Positions 41,181-56,029 of a stretch of 64,000 nucleotides of DNA are shown here, in pieces. Source of the stretch: Octopus vulgaris (taxonomy: Eukaryota). The stretch spans positions 13,888,001-13,952,000 of the forward strand of contig OX597823.1 of assembly GCA_951406725.2 (NCBI GenBank), in the 5' to 3' direction. Position numbers and translations under genes: made by a program. How positions within the stretch are numbered: position 1 is the first letter of the stretch; each line of letters opens with the position of its first letter. The notes beneath the pieces were generated by a model. That model ran no database searches and was not told the origin of the DNA. It saw nothing but the letters and a program-made list of their open reading frames with translations.

Positions 41181-42967
41181 TTCTCTATAAGAGATCCACC
41201 TTTCACTGCCAGAAAATACCACTGTCACTTAAAACCATCACACCACAGGACAAGCAATATACAAACTATCACAGCCCCACATACCAACAACCATTAGCCA
41301 ACCATCGCTGCTAGACACCACCCCCGCTAAATACTGCCACTCCACTTCATCGCACCGTCATACCATCGCCAACCACGCCGTCACGACGCTAGCATAGAGA
41401 GGAGCCGAGACAGTAAGGGAACCTATATGTGGTCACTAAATTGGCTAGAAATGGCAGTCAAATATTCAAATATCTTCCCTACCGTTTTCAATATAGGGAA
41501 GGAGGTTGGATATCACAGATTAAGGTGTCGCTAAAATAGGTGGGCTGGTCATAGCCGGAACGCCTTTGATCAGCTGCAGTACTACAACTGCTACTCACAG
41601 CTTTAACTACTACCACTGCTGTCGCTAGTACATTGCTGCCGCTACCATTGACATCACCACCAACACCGCCAACAATATCACTATATACTAACACAACGAC
41701 AACTGCCACCACCACCATTACTAGTACCATCACCACTATCACCACCACTACTACCTCCACAAACACCACCACCACTACACTAACAATATATATCACCACC
41801 ACCACCATCAACAACATCACATCATACTACCGCCACAACCACCACAACCACCTCCACTATCACCACCACACTACTACCACCACACCACTACCGCCTGTAC
41901 ACCACAACAACATACCACCATCAACAACATCACATCATACTACCGCCACAACCACCACAACCACCTCCACTATCACCACCACACTGCTACCACCGACAAT
42001 ATTACACACTACCACCACACCACTACCGCCTGCACACCACAACAACATACCACCAACAACACCACTACACGGCTACTACCCACAACAACCAGCATCACCT
42101 CCATCGCCACCACTAACATCATCATCATCATCATCACTACCACCAGCACCACCACCAATGTGCATCCCCGCCACAACCACCACCTTCACCACTACCACCT
42201 GCACCAATACGACCACCACCACCATCGCAGCCACCTCCATCGCCTCTGCCACACACCGCTTCGCTTGCAGTCTAACCACGCCACGTCCAACCAATATCAG
42301 AGCCATGAATATATGCAATAACCAAGGTAACAGCAGCGTTGTCAAAGAAAGACTGCAGATCTCACTGCACATTGGAATGCAACGTCATGCACTCGTTTAT
42401 GTCAGGGTAGCGGTACGGCGGCGGCGGAGGCGGCGGCGGCAGGGGCGGTGGTGGGAGCGGCGGAGGTAAGCGGAGGAGACGGAGGGAGCAGCGGCGGCGG
42501 CGGCGGTGATGGTGGCGGTAGTGGTGGTGGTGGTGGTGGTGGTGGTGGTGGTGGTGGTGGTGGTGGTGGTGGACGTGAGATTGGGAGGAGGCGATGAAGG
42601 TGGAAGTGGAGTGGTGGGGGGAGAGGTTGCGAGGAGGAGAGGAAAAGGAAAATGAAGAAGAAGTAGAAGAAGAAATAGAAGAAGAAGAAGAAGAAGAAGA
42701 AGAAGAAGAAGAAGAAGAAGAAGGAGAAGAAGTAGAAGAAGAAGAAGAAGAAGAAGGAGAAGGAGGCGGAGGAGAAGAAGAAGCAGATGATGATGATGAT
42801 GATGAAGAAGAAGAAGAAGAAGAAGAAGAAGAAGAAGAAGATGATGATGATGATGATGATTATGATGATGATGATGAAGGCGTACAACCAGCGTCTAAAT
42901 GTCAGTGAACCGGCCACTGACATGTGTGTGTGTATTGTGTGTGCATATATATATATATATGTGTGTG

Positions 42968-43042
<75 letters not shown>

Positions 43043-43218
43043 ATTTATGTACTTTGTTTATATATATATATATGTATATATGAATGAGTGTATACGCGTG
43101 CGTATGTCTATGCATATATATCATATTATTGCTAAAGATATATGTATGAATATATGTATGCATATGCATGTGTGTGTGTGTGTGAATCATATTTCATACA
43201 CGAACACACACATATATA

Positions 43219-43282
<64 letters not shown>

Positions 43283-43300
43283 TTTATATATATGTACATT

Positions 43301-43331
<31 letters not shown>

Positions 43332-43378
43332 ATTTGTATGTATATATATTATGTGTGAATCATATTTCATACACATGC

Positions 43379-43424
<46 letters not shown>

Positions 43425-43713
43425 GTTTGTGTATGTGTGTGTATAAACATAAACATTATATATATTATATGTATGCATATATCGGTATACATATATATAT
43501 ATATGTATTTATGTACTTTGTTTATACACACATGCATATATGTATGTATACATGTATTTCTATATATTTGTATGTATATAAACATATATATATACATACA
43601 TACATACATACATACATACATACATACATACATACACGCATATATATATATTATATGTATTATATATATGTATATATAAACACATTTTGTATACAATCAT
43701 ATATATGCCAGCA

Positions 43714-43766
<53 letters not shown>

Positions 43767-43827
43767 GAATTTGCAATCACACAATATTTTCACACATTCA
43801 ATGTCACTTACATAGTCATCGGTCCGA

Positions 43828-43899
<72 letters not shown>

Positions 43900-44082
43900 A
43901 CACACACAGTTATATATTGTAGCTCCCTATTAAACAATAGATGAGCATACGTACTTGCATGCTAATATCATCTTACTGACAGCATATATGCATATACATA
44001 TATACCTATACGTATGGTGTATGTATGAATATATATATATATATATATCATACACACGAATTTATGTGTGCGTGTGGTGTAC

Positions 44083-44153
<71 letters not shown>

Positions 44154-44781
44154 AATCAGCATTCTGGAAAGAGCAGTATCAATAGTGGTTTCTACTGATG
44201 TCAGTCGGCTGAGCAATATTCTGGGGATGCGTCGTGTGTTTTGGCATTGTCTTGGCAATTAGCAGAACACTGCTGTTCCTGCTGCTGCTGCTGTATTTAT
44301 TATTGTTGTTTTTGTTTTTGTTTTTTTGTGACCTCAGCCTAGCACTGATTCAGCAAAGACTTTCCCGCCGTGACCAGTCTACCGCTTATCGTTTCGTCTT
44401 CTCTGCCCTGTCCAATGCGTCATTTGATTTTAAGACAGACGAATATGAAATTTGTAAGGCTGCTATTTCCAGGGGGGTGGAGCTTTTTGACCTCATACAT
44501 ATCCCCTCCCCAGGAACTAATCCGGGATTCTGTTTACATATTTGTTTGTCTTTTGTTTCTGTTGTTGTTGCTTTATAACCCTTGGTTAGCTTTGTTTCGT
44601 TCTTGCTTTGTATATCTCCTGTTTTCCTCCAAATATAATTTATCCAGAACTACATTAACCAATTTGTATAACAATTCCTAGGACATTACAATCACTTGAG
44701 GGAGATCAGACTACTATGTCTAGCTCTTGTTATCCACTGTGTTGCCGCTCTTGATTTTCTTTTTTTTTTTTTTTTTTTCAG

Positions 44782-45190
44782 CGGCGCAGGAGTGGCTGTG
44801 TGGTAAGTAGCTTGCTAACCAACCACATGGTTCCGGGTTCAGTCCCACTGCGTGGCATCTTGGGCAAGTGTCTTCTACTATAGCCTCGGGCCGGCCGACC
44901 AAAGCCTTGTGATTGGATTTGGTAGACGGAAACTGAAAGAAGCCCGTCGTATATATGTATATATATACGTATGTGCGCGTATGTTTGTGTGTCTGTGTTT
45001 GTCCCCCTAGCATTGCTTGACAACCGATGCTGGTATGTTTACGTCCCCGTCACTTAGCGTTTCGGCAAAAGCGACCGATAGAATAAGTACTGGGCTTACA
45101 AAGAATAAGTCCCGGGGTCGAGTTGCTCGACTAAAGGCGGTGCTCCAGCATGGCCGCAGTCAAATGACTGAAACAAGTAAATAGTAAAAT
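44782..45190 (+). mobile_element. SINE family A, full length, young
   Basis: Complete head, CORE-like segment, internal TA/TG and tail aaacaagtaaaatagtaaaatag. Confidence 0.93.
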
Positions 45191-45469
45191 AGTGGTGCTA
45201 GTGGATTTTATCGTTATTTAACCCCAGTTCAACACTGGTCGAGCAGGCTTACGATCAAAGCACATTGAAACCAAACCGGTTTCATTTTATTCAGAGAGCA
45301 TATTTAGAGCAGCATTAACCATTGCGTACTTTCCTATTTTATGATGCTAAAATGCGATTTAGGGGAGATATGCCTATTAATCAAGGTTGGTCTCGTGACC
45401 GAGTGGAGATATCCATGCTCACTCGAAGGTTGACTCGTATAAAAATGCCTTTTACTTTTCACTCTTTGC

Positions 45470-45680
45470 TTTATACTTATTTTAGACATTAGAATACGGC
45501 CATGCTGGGGCACCACCTTGAATAATTTTAGCTGCGGTCGGTACTAAATTTTTTATAAGCCTGCTGCTTATTCTTTTGGGTCTTCTTGCCTAACTGCTAG
45601 GTAGTGGGTACGTAAGTACACCAACACAAGTTGCCAAGCTGTGGAAGGGGGACAAACACAACCACAAAGACACACACGCA
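45470..45680 (-). mobile_element. SINE family A 3' part, degenerate
   Basis: ggccatgctggggcaccacc ... gtacaccaaca...ggggacaaacaca. Confidence 0.65.
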
Positions 45681-46865
45681 GCCATCCATCTTTCTTTCTT
45701 CCACTTCCTTCTTAAAGACAAGACGCGCTTTTGCCTGTCTCTTCTCAAAGCTCGTTTTTCCAGAGTTCATCACTTCACATCGTCTTGGCTTAACAGCACT
45801 CACCGTTTGTTTTTACTGTTTTGTTCTCACTGTCCTGTTTTTGTTACCACTTTCACTCTCCACAAAAAATCCCAAATTTTATTTAATTTGCTTTTCGGGA
45901 AGGATTGTTTAACGAAGTCGCGTGTTGTCCCTGCCTTCGTAACGTGGAGTGGATAAAACAGGGGACAATTAATGAAGGGAATGTTCTTTATGTTGCCTGT
46001 CTCGATTCTCTTTGTTTCTTTCGTTCTTCGAAAAAAGTTCCTTTTTTTTGTTTTTGTTTTTTTTTTATGACGAGAAACGGAGAAAATTTACCAGTGGAAG
46101 TACCAACAAATGAATTAAAAGTACAGAGTCATGCAGACCAGAAACAAGACAACCCAGAATTACGGAAACCTAAAGACATAGACTCACAGACGAAACACGT
46201 AGAGTTGCAGTCAAACGAACACACAGACACACAAATACAAGAACACACAGACACACAAATACACGAACACACAGATTTAGAGACGGAAATACAAGGAGCC
46301 ATAAAACAGCAGGAAAAATAGAAACAAAAATAGACAACATGAAAAGCAAAGACGGAAAGAAAAGTTATAGTGAGATAGGACGCTCCAACTTAAAAGGAGT
46401 ACAAAATTGAAAGACAGTGTGAGAGATAAAAGTGGTAAGACATTATAATTTTGTAAAGACTGTAACCGAGTGAAATGATTGTTTGAACTTTTTAGGAAAA
46501 AAGGGAAAAAATAAGTAAATATGAAACCGTTAAATAAATAGGTTTCCTAGAGTTTTTTTGAACACTGTGATAAACATTTGGTTCTCTTTTAGTTTAAGAA
46601 AAAAAAGAAAAGAAATAAGTAAGGACTGTATGAACATTGGTTTAAAGGTTTATAATGATAGGGTGAAAGCCAAGAGGGAAGTCGCGGTTTCGCCTCGGAG
46701 CGAGGCTGAAGGTGGTGTAAAAGTTAATGGAAAAGGAATACACGGTTTCATCTCGCAGCGGGAATGTGAATATTTCCTTTCACGTTCATCCTTCATATGT
46801 TTTATGTTCCCGCATGTCTTTGCATGTCCCCTCTGCAATTAGCCTTGTGCTTGTAATGAAGAATC

Positions 46866-46937
46866 AAGCTAGCGAGCCATGCTACTCCAGACTGATGACG
46901 AGTAATTATTCAGAAACTAGTCTCTGATTGCTGGCTT
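46866..46937 (+). ncRNA. Type I hammerhead with canonical core and extended stem I, predicted cleavage after GUC at 46922
   Basis: caga CTGATGA c gagt-aatt-attc a GAAAC TA GTC tctg, with distal helix aagctagcga/ttgctggctt. Confidence 0.8.
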
Positions 46938-47111
46938 AGTTGGGTATGCTTATCTCCCTCTTTGGAAGCAAAAGGGCACAGGAAATGTGTTAAGGCCGAC
47001 AGGAAGCGGTGCTTACCAGGGCTAAATAGCAGAAGTATTATTCCCTTTCATGGGACTGTCACATTAAGTTAACAACATACCACCACTTTATAATGATGGA
47101 CTTCTTTCAGC

Positions 47112-47377
47112 CTATTTCTTTACTATTTCTTTACTAATCCAACCTATTTCTTTACTACCCACAAGGGGCTAAACACAGAGAGGACAAACAAGGACAGAAA
47201 AACGGATTAAGTCGATTAGTTCGACTCCAGTACGCAACTGATATTGAGTTTATCGACCCCAAAAGGATGAAAGGCAAAGTCGACCTCGGCGGAATTTGAA
47301 CTCAGAACGTACCGACAGACGAAATACTGCTAAGCATTTCGCCCGGCGTGCTAACGTTTCTGCCAACTCGCCGCCTT
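47112..47377 (-). mobile_element. SINE family N, full copy with micro-duplicated tail
   Basis: Reverse complement of the 19423 unit including the head ggcggcgagttggcagaaacgttagcacgccggg. ctatttctttacta is repeated. Confidence 0.9.
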
Positions 47378-47964
47378 TGTCCAACAAATCCAACCAGAAG
47401 GTTTTGTTGTTTTGTTGTTGTTGTACCTTCTACTGTAGCCTCTGCCCGAGGCTAAACTAGAAGACACTAGTTCAAGGTGGGATTGAACTCGGTACCTTGT
47501 GATTGTGAAGCAAGCTTCTTCCAACACAGCCACGCTTGCACCTGAGGATAAAATATTCAGAGAAATCCTTCATCATTTTAAACACATAGCAAACCTGGAG
47601 TACAATGAATATTCGGTGCAAATGTACTATATTCGATCATATTGGCAGAGTTTTCAGATGTCAGCTGAAAAAGGTGCTCCTTATGCCTGTTTTGTAAATA
47701 TTGTTCCCTTTGCCCGAAAGCAAATATCGTATGTTCCCCAGAGCATGAAATTTTGAAAGATAAGCTTTTCAATAATTTAAAATTATGAAATTATAATCAT
47801 CTTTCCCGTATATAAGAGTGCCTGGTAATTGCCAGTAGGCTTTTGTTATCTACCTCTCGCTGTAAGAGAAATTTCACTCGGGAACTTTTGGCGTACCACT
47901 TTCACTACATCAGGTCATAATTGTATGTGTGTGTGTGTATATATATATATATATGTGTGTGTGC

Positions 47965-48000
<36 letters not shown>

Positions 48001-48193
48001 ATTTTGATTACATACACGCAATATATGTAGATAGATGGGTATACATAAATGAATTGATAGATATAGATAAGACATTTGTATGCATGCGTGTACATATGTA
48101 TGTATATGTATATGCATATATATGTATATATACATACATTCATACACGCACACATAAATATACTTATATGTATGTACGTATGTATACATATTA

Positions 48194-48234
<41 letters not shown>

Positions 48235-48474
48235 CATACATACATACATACATACATACATAATACATACATACATACATACATACATACATACATACAT
48301 ACATACATACATACATACATACATACATACATAATGTACGAATGCATATATGTATGTTTACCTGTATATACCTATCAAAATACATAGATACATTTACACA
48401 GAGATTTTGAATGAAAAAAAGTGGACGAAAGAAAAAGAGAAAGAATGAAAAGAAGAAAGAATGGAATTGTAAAA

Positions 48475-48518
<44 letters not shown>

Positions 48519-48935
48519 AAAGAAGAAAGGAAGGAAAGTAAAAGGAAAGAAGGTTTGCAAAGCTAGTGAGAGAAAGGATGGAGAAGTGTGTTGAGATATT
48601 AGCTTCCATGTAATGTCGCCACTAGCAAATCCGAAAGATATTTATTGACGTGAGGAATCACGTTAGCCATGTTAATGAGACCGCCTGAAAATATCGGTGC
48701 TACATGTTTGGAATAATGCACATGTATACTCTCACACGCACCTTGCTCCTCTCACGCACCTCTTACTTCTCTTTCTCTCCCTCTCTATCTAGCGATCTCT
48801 TTCTCTTTCTCTCACCCCCCCTCTCTCTCTCGCTTTCTCTCTCGTACAGGTAATACATATACGCACACAAATATATATGTAGCTGTACATACATGCATAT
48901 GTATATATGTATGTATGTATAAGTATGAATGTATA

Positions 48936-48971
<36 letters not shown>

Positions 48972-50459
48972 CGCATGTATATGTAAATGTTTGTATATAT
49001 GCACCTATGTATATATATGCGTATGTGTGTGTCTGTGTGTATCCATACGCACATATATGCATATATATATGTATGTATATACATATATGTATATATACAT
49101 ATATATATTAAACATATATAGGTATGTATATGTGTAAATGTATATATATATATATATATTTGTATATGTGTGTGTATATATATATATGTGTGTGTGTATA
49201 TATATATATATGTTTGTATGTATGTATGTATATGTTTCTATGTATACGTAAATGTATGCATATATATATGCGTGTGTATAGATTTATATACATACATTTA
49301 TGTGTTTGTGTGTCTGTGTGTGTGTATCCATACGTACATATATACATATATACATATATGCATAAATACACATACACATACATGCATACATTTACACACA
49401 TATACTCACTTAGTAACACTCAAAAGCTACGTGGCTTAGTGGATGGTGTTTGGCTCACGATTATATGGTCAGAAGTTCGCTTCCTGGAAAAGAATATGTC
49501 TTATAAATCAAAATAAAATACTTTTTGCCTTGGTTTTCAGTCCACTCATTTAGAATTGATACCAGCTGAATGTTGCTGAAGATTTTTCTCTTCCTCTACT
49601 TGTTACAACATGGTTACGGTGGAATTCTTGTTTAAGCACCCATATAAACCTTCGTACCTTTTTTTTTCATATTTTTTGGAATTTTCAGAGAGGTTTTGCG
49701 AATTTGTGATCTACACGCGGGAATTCATGATCATGGAAAAATCTTCGTTTTAATATTTCAAAATCTTCCTTCCTCCTCACCATAAATCCTAAAATTCCCA
49801 CTCATTTTCGATTTTTTTGTTTATTTTATAAATCAGAGTTTACAATTAAAGGCAGTCTGACTTTTTTGCTTAAATCCCAGCAAGGGACCACCTTTGGGAG
49901 CATCGTCATTTCATTTAAGGTGTTTACTGGGAGAAAAATATTATAAAACATCAATACATGTCACGGTGACAAAAAAAAACAAGAAACGAGGAAGCTATTA
50001 GGTGGTCGTGGGATGCACTGGAAACAACAGCTAAATTGCTATTAAATCACACACACAATTTTTTAATATATATAAAATACTTTTAAATATATAAATGTGT
50101 GTGTGCGCGCGCGTGCATGTAACATATGGTATAATCATAAATAGGACAAATTTTAGCCATTTATCCGCAAACTGAAAAACAAATGATGAGCAACTTTAAA
50201 CGATTTTCTAATTTTATGGAGTTCTCATCAGAGGCGTCTACATCATTCTGACAGTCTCCAGAGAAACAAGCAACAAAACCGTTTATATACTCAACAAATG
50301 CAGCACTTACACTACGGGGTCCCTAACTTGTATACCAAAAGTGTTTAACACTATAAATACCAGCGGCCTGTCAACGGGGATATTAGTCCATAGAGTTTCA
50401 AGGTATGATGTAATATACATGTAACATATGGTATAATTATAAACAAGGTAGCGGTCGAC

Positions 50460-51320
50460 CACCAGAAGATGCTATCTCGACACTAACCAGCCAGCATCAC
50501 CACTGAACATTAACACACCAACACTAAATGCTACCACACGACTAACAAGAGATATCACTGCCACTCCACGCTACAACAAGGTACCACATTACTGTTATTG
50601 AGCGTATGCTACACCACCATCGATGGTCATTGGTACACAGCCACAAAACATCACTACCACCTTTCACCCGAGAAATACTTCGGCACCACTAAAACACCAC
50701 TTCCATGCCACTAATCACTCCAACACCACTGCAGTAACACAACAAGACACTACTATACCACTAACCACTCCAGTACCACAGCAGTACAACAAAATCACTC
50801 TTCGGCATCACTGCAGTACCACTAGAGAACACTACAATGCCACTAACCACTCTAACACTATTTCAGTACCACTGGAGAACACTACCACGTCACTAACCAC
50901 GCCAGCACCACTGCAGTACCACAAAAGACACTTCCGCGCCAAAAAACATTCCAGCATAAACCATTCCAGCAGTACCACCAGAAGATGCTATCTTACTACT
51001 AACCAGCCCAGTATCACCACTAAACACTAGCACACCAACACTAAATGCTACCACAGCACCAGCAAGAAACACCACCGCCACTCCACGCTACAACAAGGTA
51101 CCACATTACTGTCACTGAGCATATACTACACCACCATCAATGGTCGTTGGTACACAACCACAAAACAGCACTGCACCCTTTCACTCGAGAAATACTTCAG
51201 CACCACTAATACACTACTACCACAAATAGACACTACCTTTAGGTACCAGCATCTGAAACCACCGTCTCTAGACACCACTGTCATCCTAATGAGCCACCTT
51301 CACAGCACACTACAGACAGC
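50460..51320. repeat. Rearranged duplicate of the 40555-41180 block
   Basis: 50697-51320 corresponds to 40558-41177, and 50460-50690 to 40840-41065. Confidence 0.85.
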
Positions 51321-51747
51321 ATATCATCTTTTCGGGGTCGATAAATTAAGTACCAGTTGCGTACTAGAGTCGATCTAATTGACTGGCCCCACTCCCCAAA
51401 ACTTTCGGGCCTTGTTCCTAGAGTAGAAAAGAATTATGAACAGGGCAAATTTTAACCATTTCTCCTCAGACAGAAATTCGCAACACTTTTCTGAAAATTC
51501 CCCAAAATATAAAAGTCATGATAGGTTACAAGAGGTGTTTCAGCCCTGGTTACTCAACTGACCAAAAATGTGATGGCGAAGGTTTTTCCAACTTTACGTT
51601 TGGAGTTCAAATCTCACCGGTTTCAACTTTGTTTTTTTTTTCATTTCCGGGTCAATAAAATAAATACCAGTTGAGCGTTGTGTTCAATGTAATTGCCTCA
51701 CCCACTCCACAGAAATTGCTAGTCTTGCACCAAAATTTGAAAACTGA

Positions 51748-52125
51748 CATGTGGCTGTGTGGTAAAAAGCTCGCTTACCAACCACATGGTTCCGGGTTCA
51801 GTCCCACTGCGTGGCACCTTGGGCAAGTGTATTCTACTATAGCCTCAGGCCAACCAAAGCCTTGTGAGTGGATTTAGTAGACGGAAACCGAAGGAAGTCA
51901 GTCATATATATATGTATATATTTATGTGTGTGAATGCCTGTTTTTGTCCCTCAATCATCGCTTGACAACCGATGTTGATGTGTTTACGTCCTCGTAACTT
52001 AGCGGTTCGGCAAAAGTGTTCGATAGAATAAGTACTAGTCTTACAAAGAATGACTTCTGGGGTCAATTCTTCGACTAAAGGCGGTGCTCCAGCTTGACTG
52101 CAGACAAATCACTAAAACAAGAAAA
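51748..52125 (+). mobile_element. SINE family A
   Basis: Head to tail match to the 44782 copy. Confidence 0.9.
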
Positions 52126-52213
52126 ATAATATCTACATATATATATACCGGAGTAAACACATAAATGTGAAACAAGGTGGAAAAAATAGTACTCAAATAC
52201 CAGAGGTAGAGTA

Positions 52214-52322
52214 ATATGCTTTATCTTAAAGCAATAGAAATTCAACAAAAGCTGTTACTCGGAGTTTCACGGGAAACTCCGAGTAACAACTTTTGTTGAA
52301 TTTCTGGTGCTTTTAAATAAAG

Positions 52323-52327
<5 letters not shown>
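52214..52327. repeat. ~55-bp-arm palindrome centred on a hammerhead 3' half
   Basis: agaaattcaacaaaagctgttactcggagtttc-acgg-gaaactccgagtaacaacttttgttgaatttct. Confidence 0.85.
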
Positions 52328-52364
<37 letters not shown>

Positions 52365-52588
52365 TATATATATATATATAAATCATAAGGGTGATAAATT
52401 GAATATTAATTTAATTAATATCAATTTAAAACCAGTAGCCTAGCATATAGAAAAATCTGAAAATTCAGAAAAATTGTAATTCATGCGTATAATAGGGATG
52501 ACCACTAAGTGGACATCCAATATGCTAGAAGAAGTTTACCTACCATCTAACTACAAAGAACAGAATACTCTTCAGAGAAATTTAGCAA

Positions 52589-52619
<31 letters not shown>

Positions 52620-53077
52620 CATACATGCAAGCATAATACATACATACATACATACATACATACATAATACATACATACATACATACATGCATACATATAT
52701 TTTCTATATTTACTAGTTGAGATAATTCTAAAGCTACAAATTAGACGCTGCGGAGGAGGAAACATCTGTTTGTATACGACAGGTTGTCATGTGACATCTA
52801 GACAGTGACGTCAAGTAGTCATTGATAAACAGCTCATAATAACGCTATTCATTGTGAAGATAAGTTGGACATTTAATCGTATTAAGTAGAAGATGTTTCT
52901 GGCTATGTTGCTTGCCAGATTCAATGATGAATCAACTTCACTAGAGTCTGGTCCATATGTCTTCTTTTTAGTTCACTTCATCGTTGCCTGAATGAGCGGA
53001 TGAGAGGCGAAACTCTAAATAGACACACATACATACATATATATATACATACATACATACATACATACATACATAAA

Positions 53078-53123
<46 letters not shown>

Positions 53124-53226
53124 CATTCGAACATATGTGACTACAGGTGTGTGTTTAGTGATTAAGTTCCTTTCTGGCCAACCCTATATATACTTGAGTG
53201 CTTGTGTTATACACTCGAGTATATAC

Positions 53227-53297
<71 letters not shown>

Positions 53298-53604
53298 CAT
53301 ATATATACATATATACATACATATATATATTACGTATATACATATATTCATATATATATATACATATATACATATAAGTATATATATAAAACATATACAT
53401 ATAAATACATAGATATATATATATATACATATATATGTGCACATATATATACATACATCGCTCAGAGATGTATTATCATGACTTCCTGGGGCTATAAACT
53501 ACAGTAGCATCGTCCCTTAAGGGTCAGCCACATTTAAGAGGCAAATATACTTCACAATGTCGTGCTGCTACTGTTTATATCTCGCTCAGATATTTATTAT
53601 TGCT

Positions 53605-53780
53605 TTCTCCGTCTTCCCTTCCTTGGACCTTTCCTTTTTCTATGTTTCTGACGAAGAGCTCCGCTTGAAACTTTAAATCCTCCTTCTTTCTTTCCTTTCC
53701 TGAGCGTCCAATAACACTATACTTGTTCCACGTCCTCGCGTTGTTGTGTTTTCTCTTTGTTCATGTTTGGATTAACTATA
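53605..53780 (+). mobile_element. Family P repeat with HHR (CUGACGA core)
   Basis: gttt CTGACGA a gagc-tcc-gctt GAAAC TTT aaat at 53644-53678. Ends in (TA)n. Confidence 0.8.
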
Positions 53781-53786
53781 TATAAA

Positions 53787-53856
<70 letters not shown>

Positions 53857-53857
53857 G

Positions 53858-54240
53858 ACGTGGCTGTGTGGTAAGTAGCTTGCTTACCAGCCACATAGTT
53901 CTGGGTTCAGTCCCACTGCATGACACCTTGGGCAAATGTCTTCTACTATAGTCTCGGGCGGATCAAAATCTTGTGAGTGGCTTCGGTACACGGAAACTGA
54001 AAGAAGCTCGTCGCATATATGTGTGTGTGTGTGTGTGTGTTTGTCTCCCCACCATCGCTTGACAACCGATATTGGTGTCTTTACGTCCCCGTAACTTAGC
54101 GGTTCGGTAAAAGAGTTCCGATAGAATAATAAGTACTAGGCTTACAAATAATACGTCCTGGGGTCGATTTGTTTGACTACAGGCGGTGCTCCACCATGGC
54201 CGCAGTCAAATGACTGAAACAAATAAAAGAATACAAGAAC
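53858..54240 (+). mobile_element. SINE family A
   Basis: Head to tail match. Confidence 0.9.
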
Positions 54241-54280
54241 AAAAGAATATATATATATATATAAATATGTATATATATAT

Positions 54281-54406
<126 letters not shown>

Positions 54407-54488
54407 AATACAAGAACAAAATAATATATATATATATATATAAATATGTATATATATATATGTATATATATATATACATATATATATT

Positions 54489-54546
<58 letters not shown>

Positions 54547-54664
54547 TATATATAAACGTAAACGTATACTGAATCTAAAAGAACAAGTTTTGCAATTCTG
54601 CGTTAGTTATTGACCAATTGTTAATATTCAGGTTTTATATTTCCCTGTCTGCAAGCATGTGCAC

Positions 54665-54773
<109 letters not shown>

Positions 54774-55525
54774 CTTCGTTAATTACACAAAGAGGCGTTT
54801 CTAACAGGCTTATGTGTCTGAACGAGTCTGAAATTGAGCTTAAGCCTTTTGTAATTTGACACCTGTAAGAAATACGCAGGCAACGATTGCCTTTCAAAGT
54901 TCCATAGTTCTTGATATGACCGAATGTCTACCACTCGGTACACAGCTTGTTAGTGTAGAAGATTAGAGGTTTTTGAAATAGTAGTACTGAGTGATTATGT
55001 AACTTATGAAATGTCGATTAAGCGCATAGGAAAACAACCCTGTATAGAATGCTTACATTGATAGCATGAATGCTTTCAACGTCAGCAGCATTGCTTTCTT
55101 CTCAAATGTAAAGTATTAGTGGTATACGACGTAGGAGGGCGACATTGAGGGGGAACAGGATCTACACAAACAGTATTGGTTGCCACTTAGAAAGGAAAAG
55201 AAACTGCGTTCAAAAATTGTGTAAAACTGTCTCTACCACTACCTTAGATATCTTGTTGTTATTCAATAGTTTTTTATCCTTGTATTGGATATATAATATA
55301 ACGAAGCAGAAGGGAGAGAAAGTATTTACACGACACACTACTATTACTATTACATGTGACTCAACGCTCTATATTCAACGGCTTACAGTGAACTGCTTGC
55401 CAACCCGATGATTCTTTATTTTGGAACTACGGCCATCACACAGAGAGGACAACACTAGGACAGACAGACAGAAAACCACAGTGGGGACAAAAAACATAAA
55501 AGGAATGAAAATGAAGACGTTATAT

Positions 55526-55962
<437 letters not shown>

Positions 55963-56029
55963 ATATAATAATGAAAATGAAATGGCTGCATGAAACCCAA
56001 TCTCCTGCAGTACCATCTGAACGCTTAAA

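Noticed and set aside
41633-42469. Mucin-like Thr-rich 278-aa ORF
   Set aside because: Degenerate (CAC/CAA/TAC)n repeats with a non-ATG start and no supporting gene structure.
45905-46660. 138-aa ORF with EHTDTQI repeats, possibly a LINE 5' end joined to the 46888 hammerhead element
   Set aside because: No recognisable motif, and element boundaries could not be set.
50184-50232. tgatgagcaact...agttctcatca inverted repeat containing CTGATGA on the - strand
   Set aside because: A short hairpin only, with no stem II-GAAA-stem III arrangement.
54880-54960. Short - strand TEW*TFGHIKNY resembling a Harbinger transposase motif; also a Tc1-like FLQQD at ~27385 and an RTE-like end at ~19250-19400
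   Set aside because: Too short and degenerate to support without a profile search.
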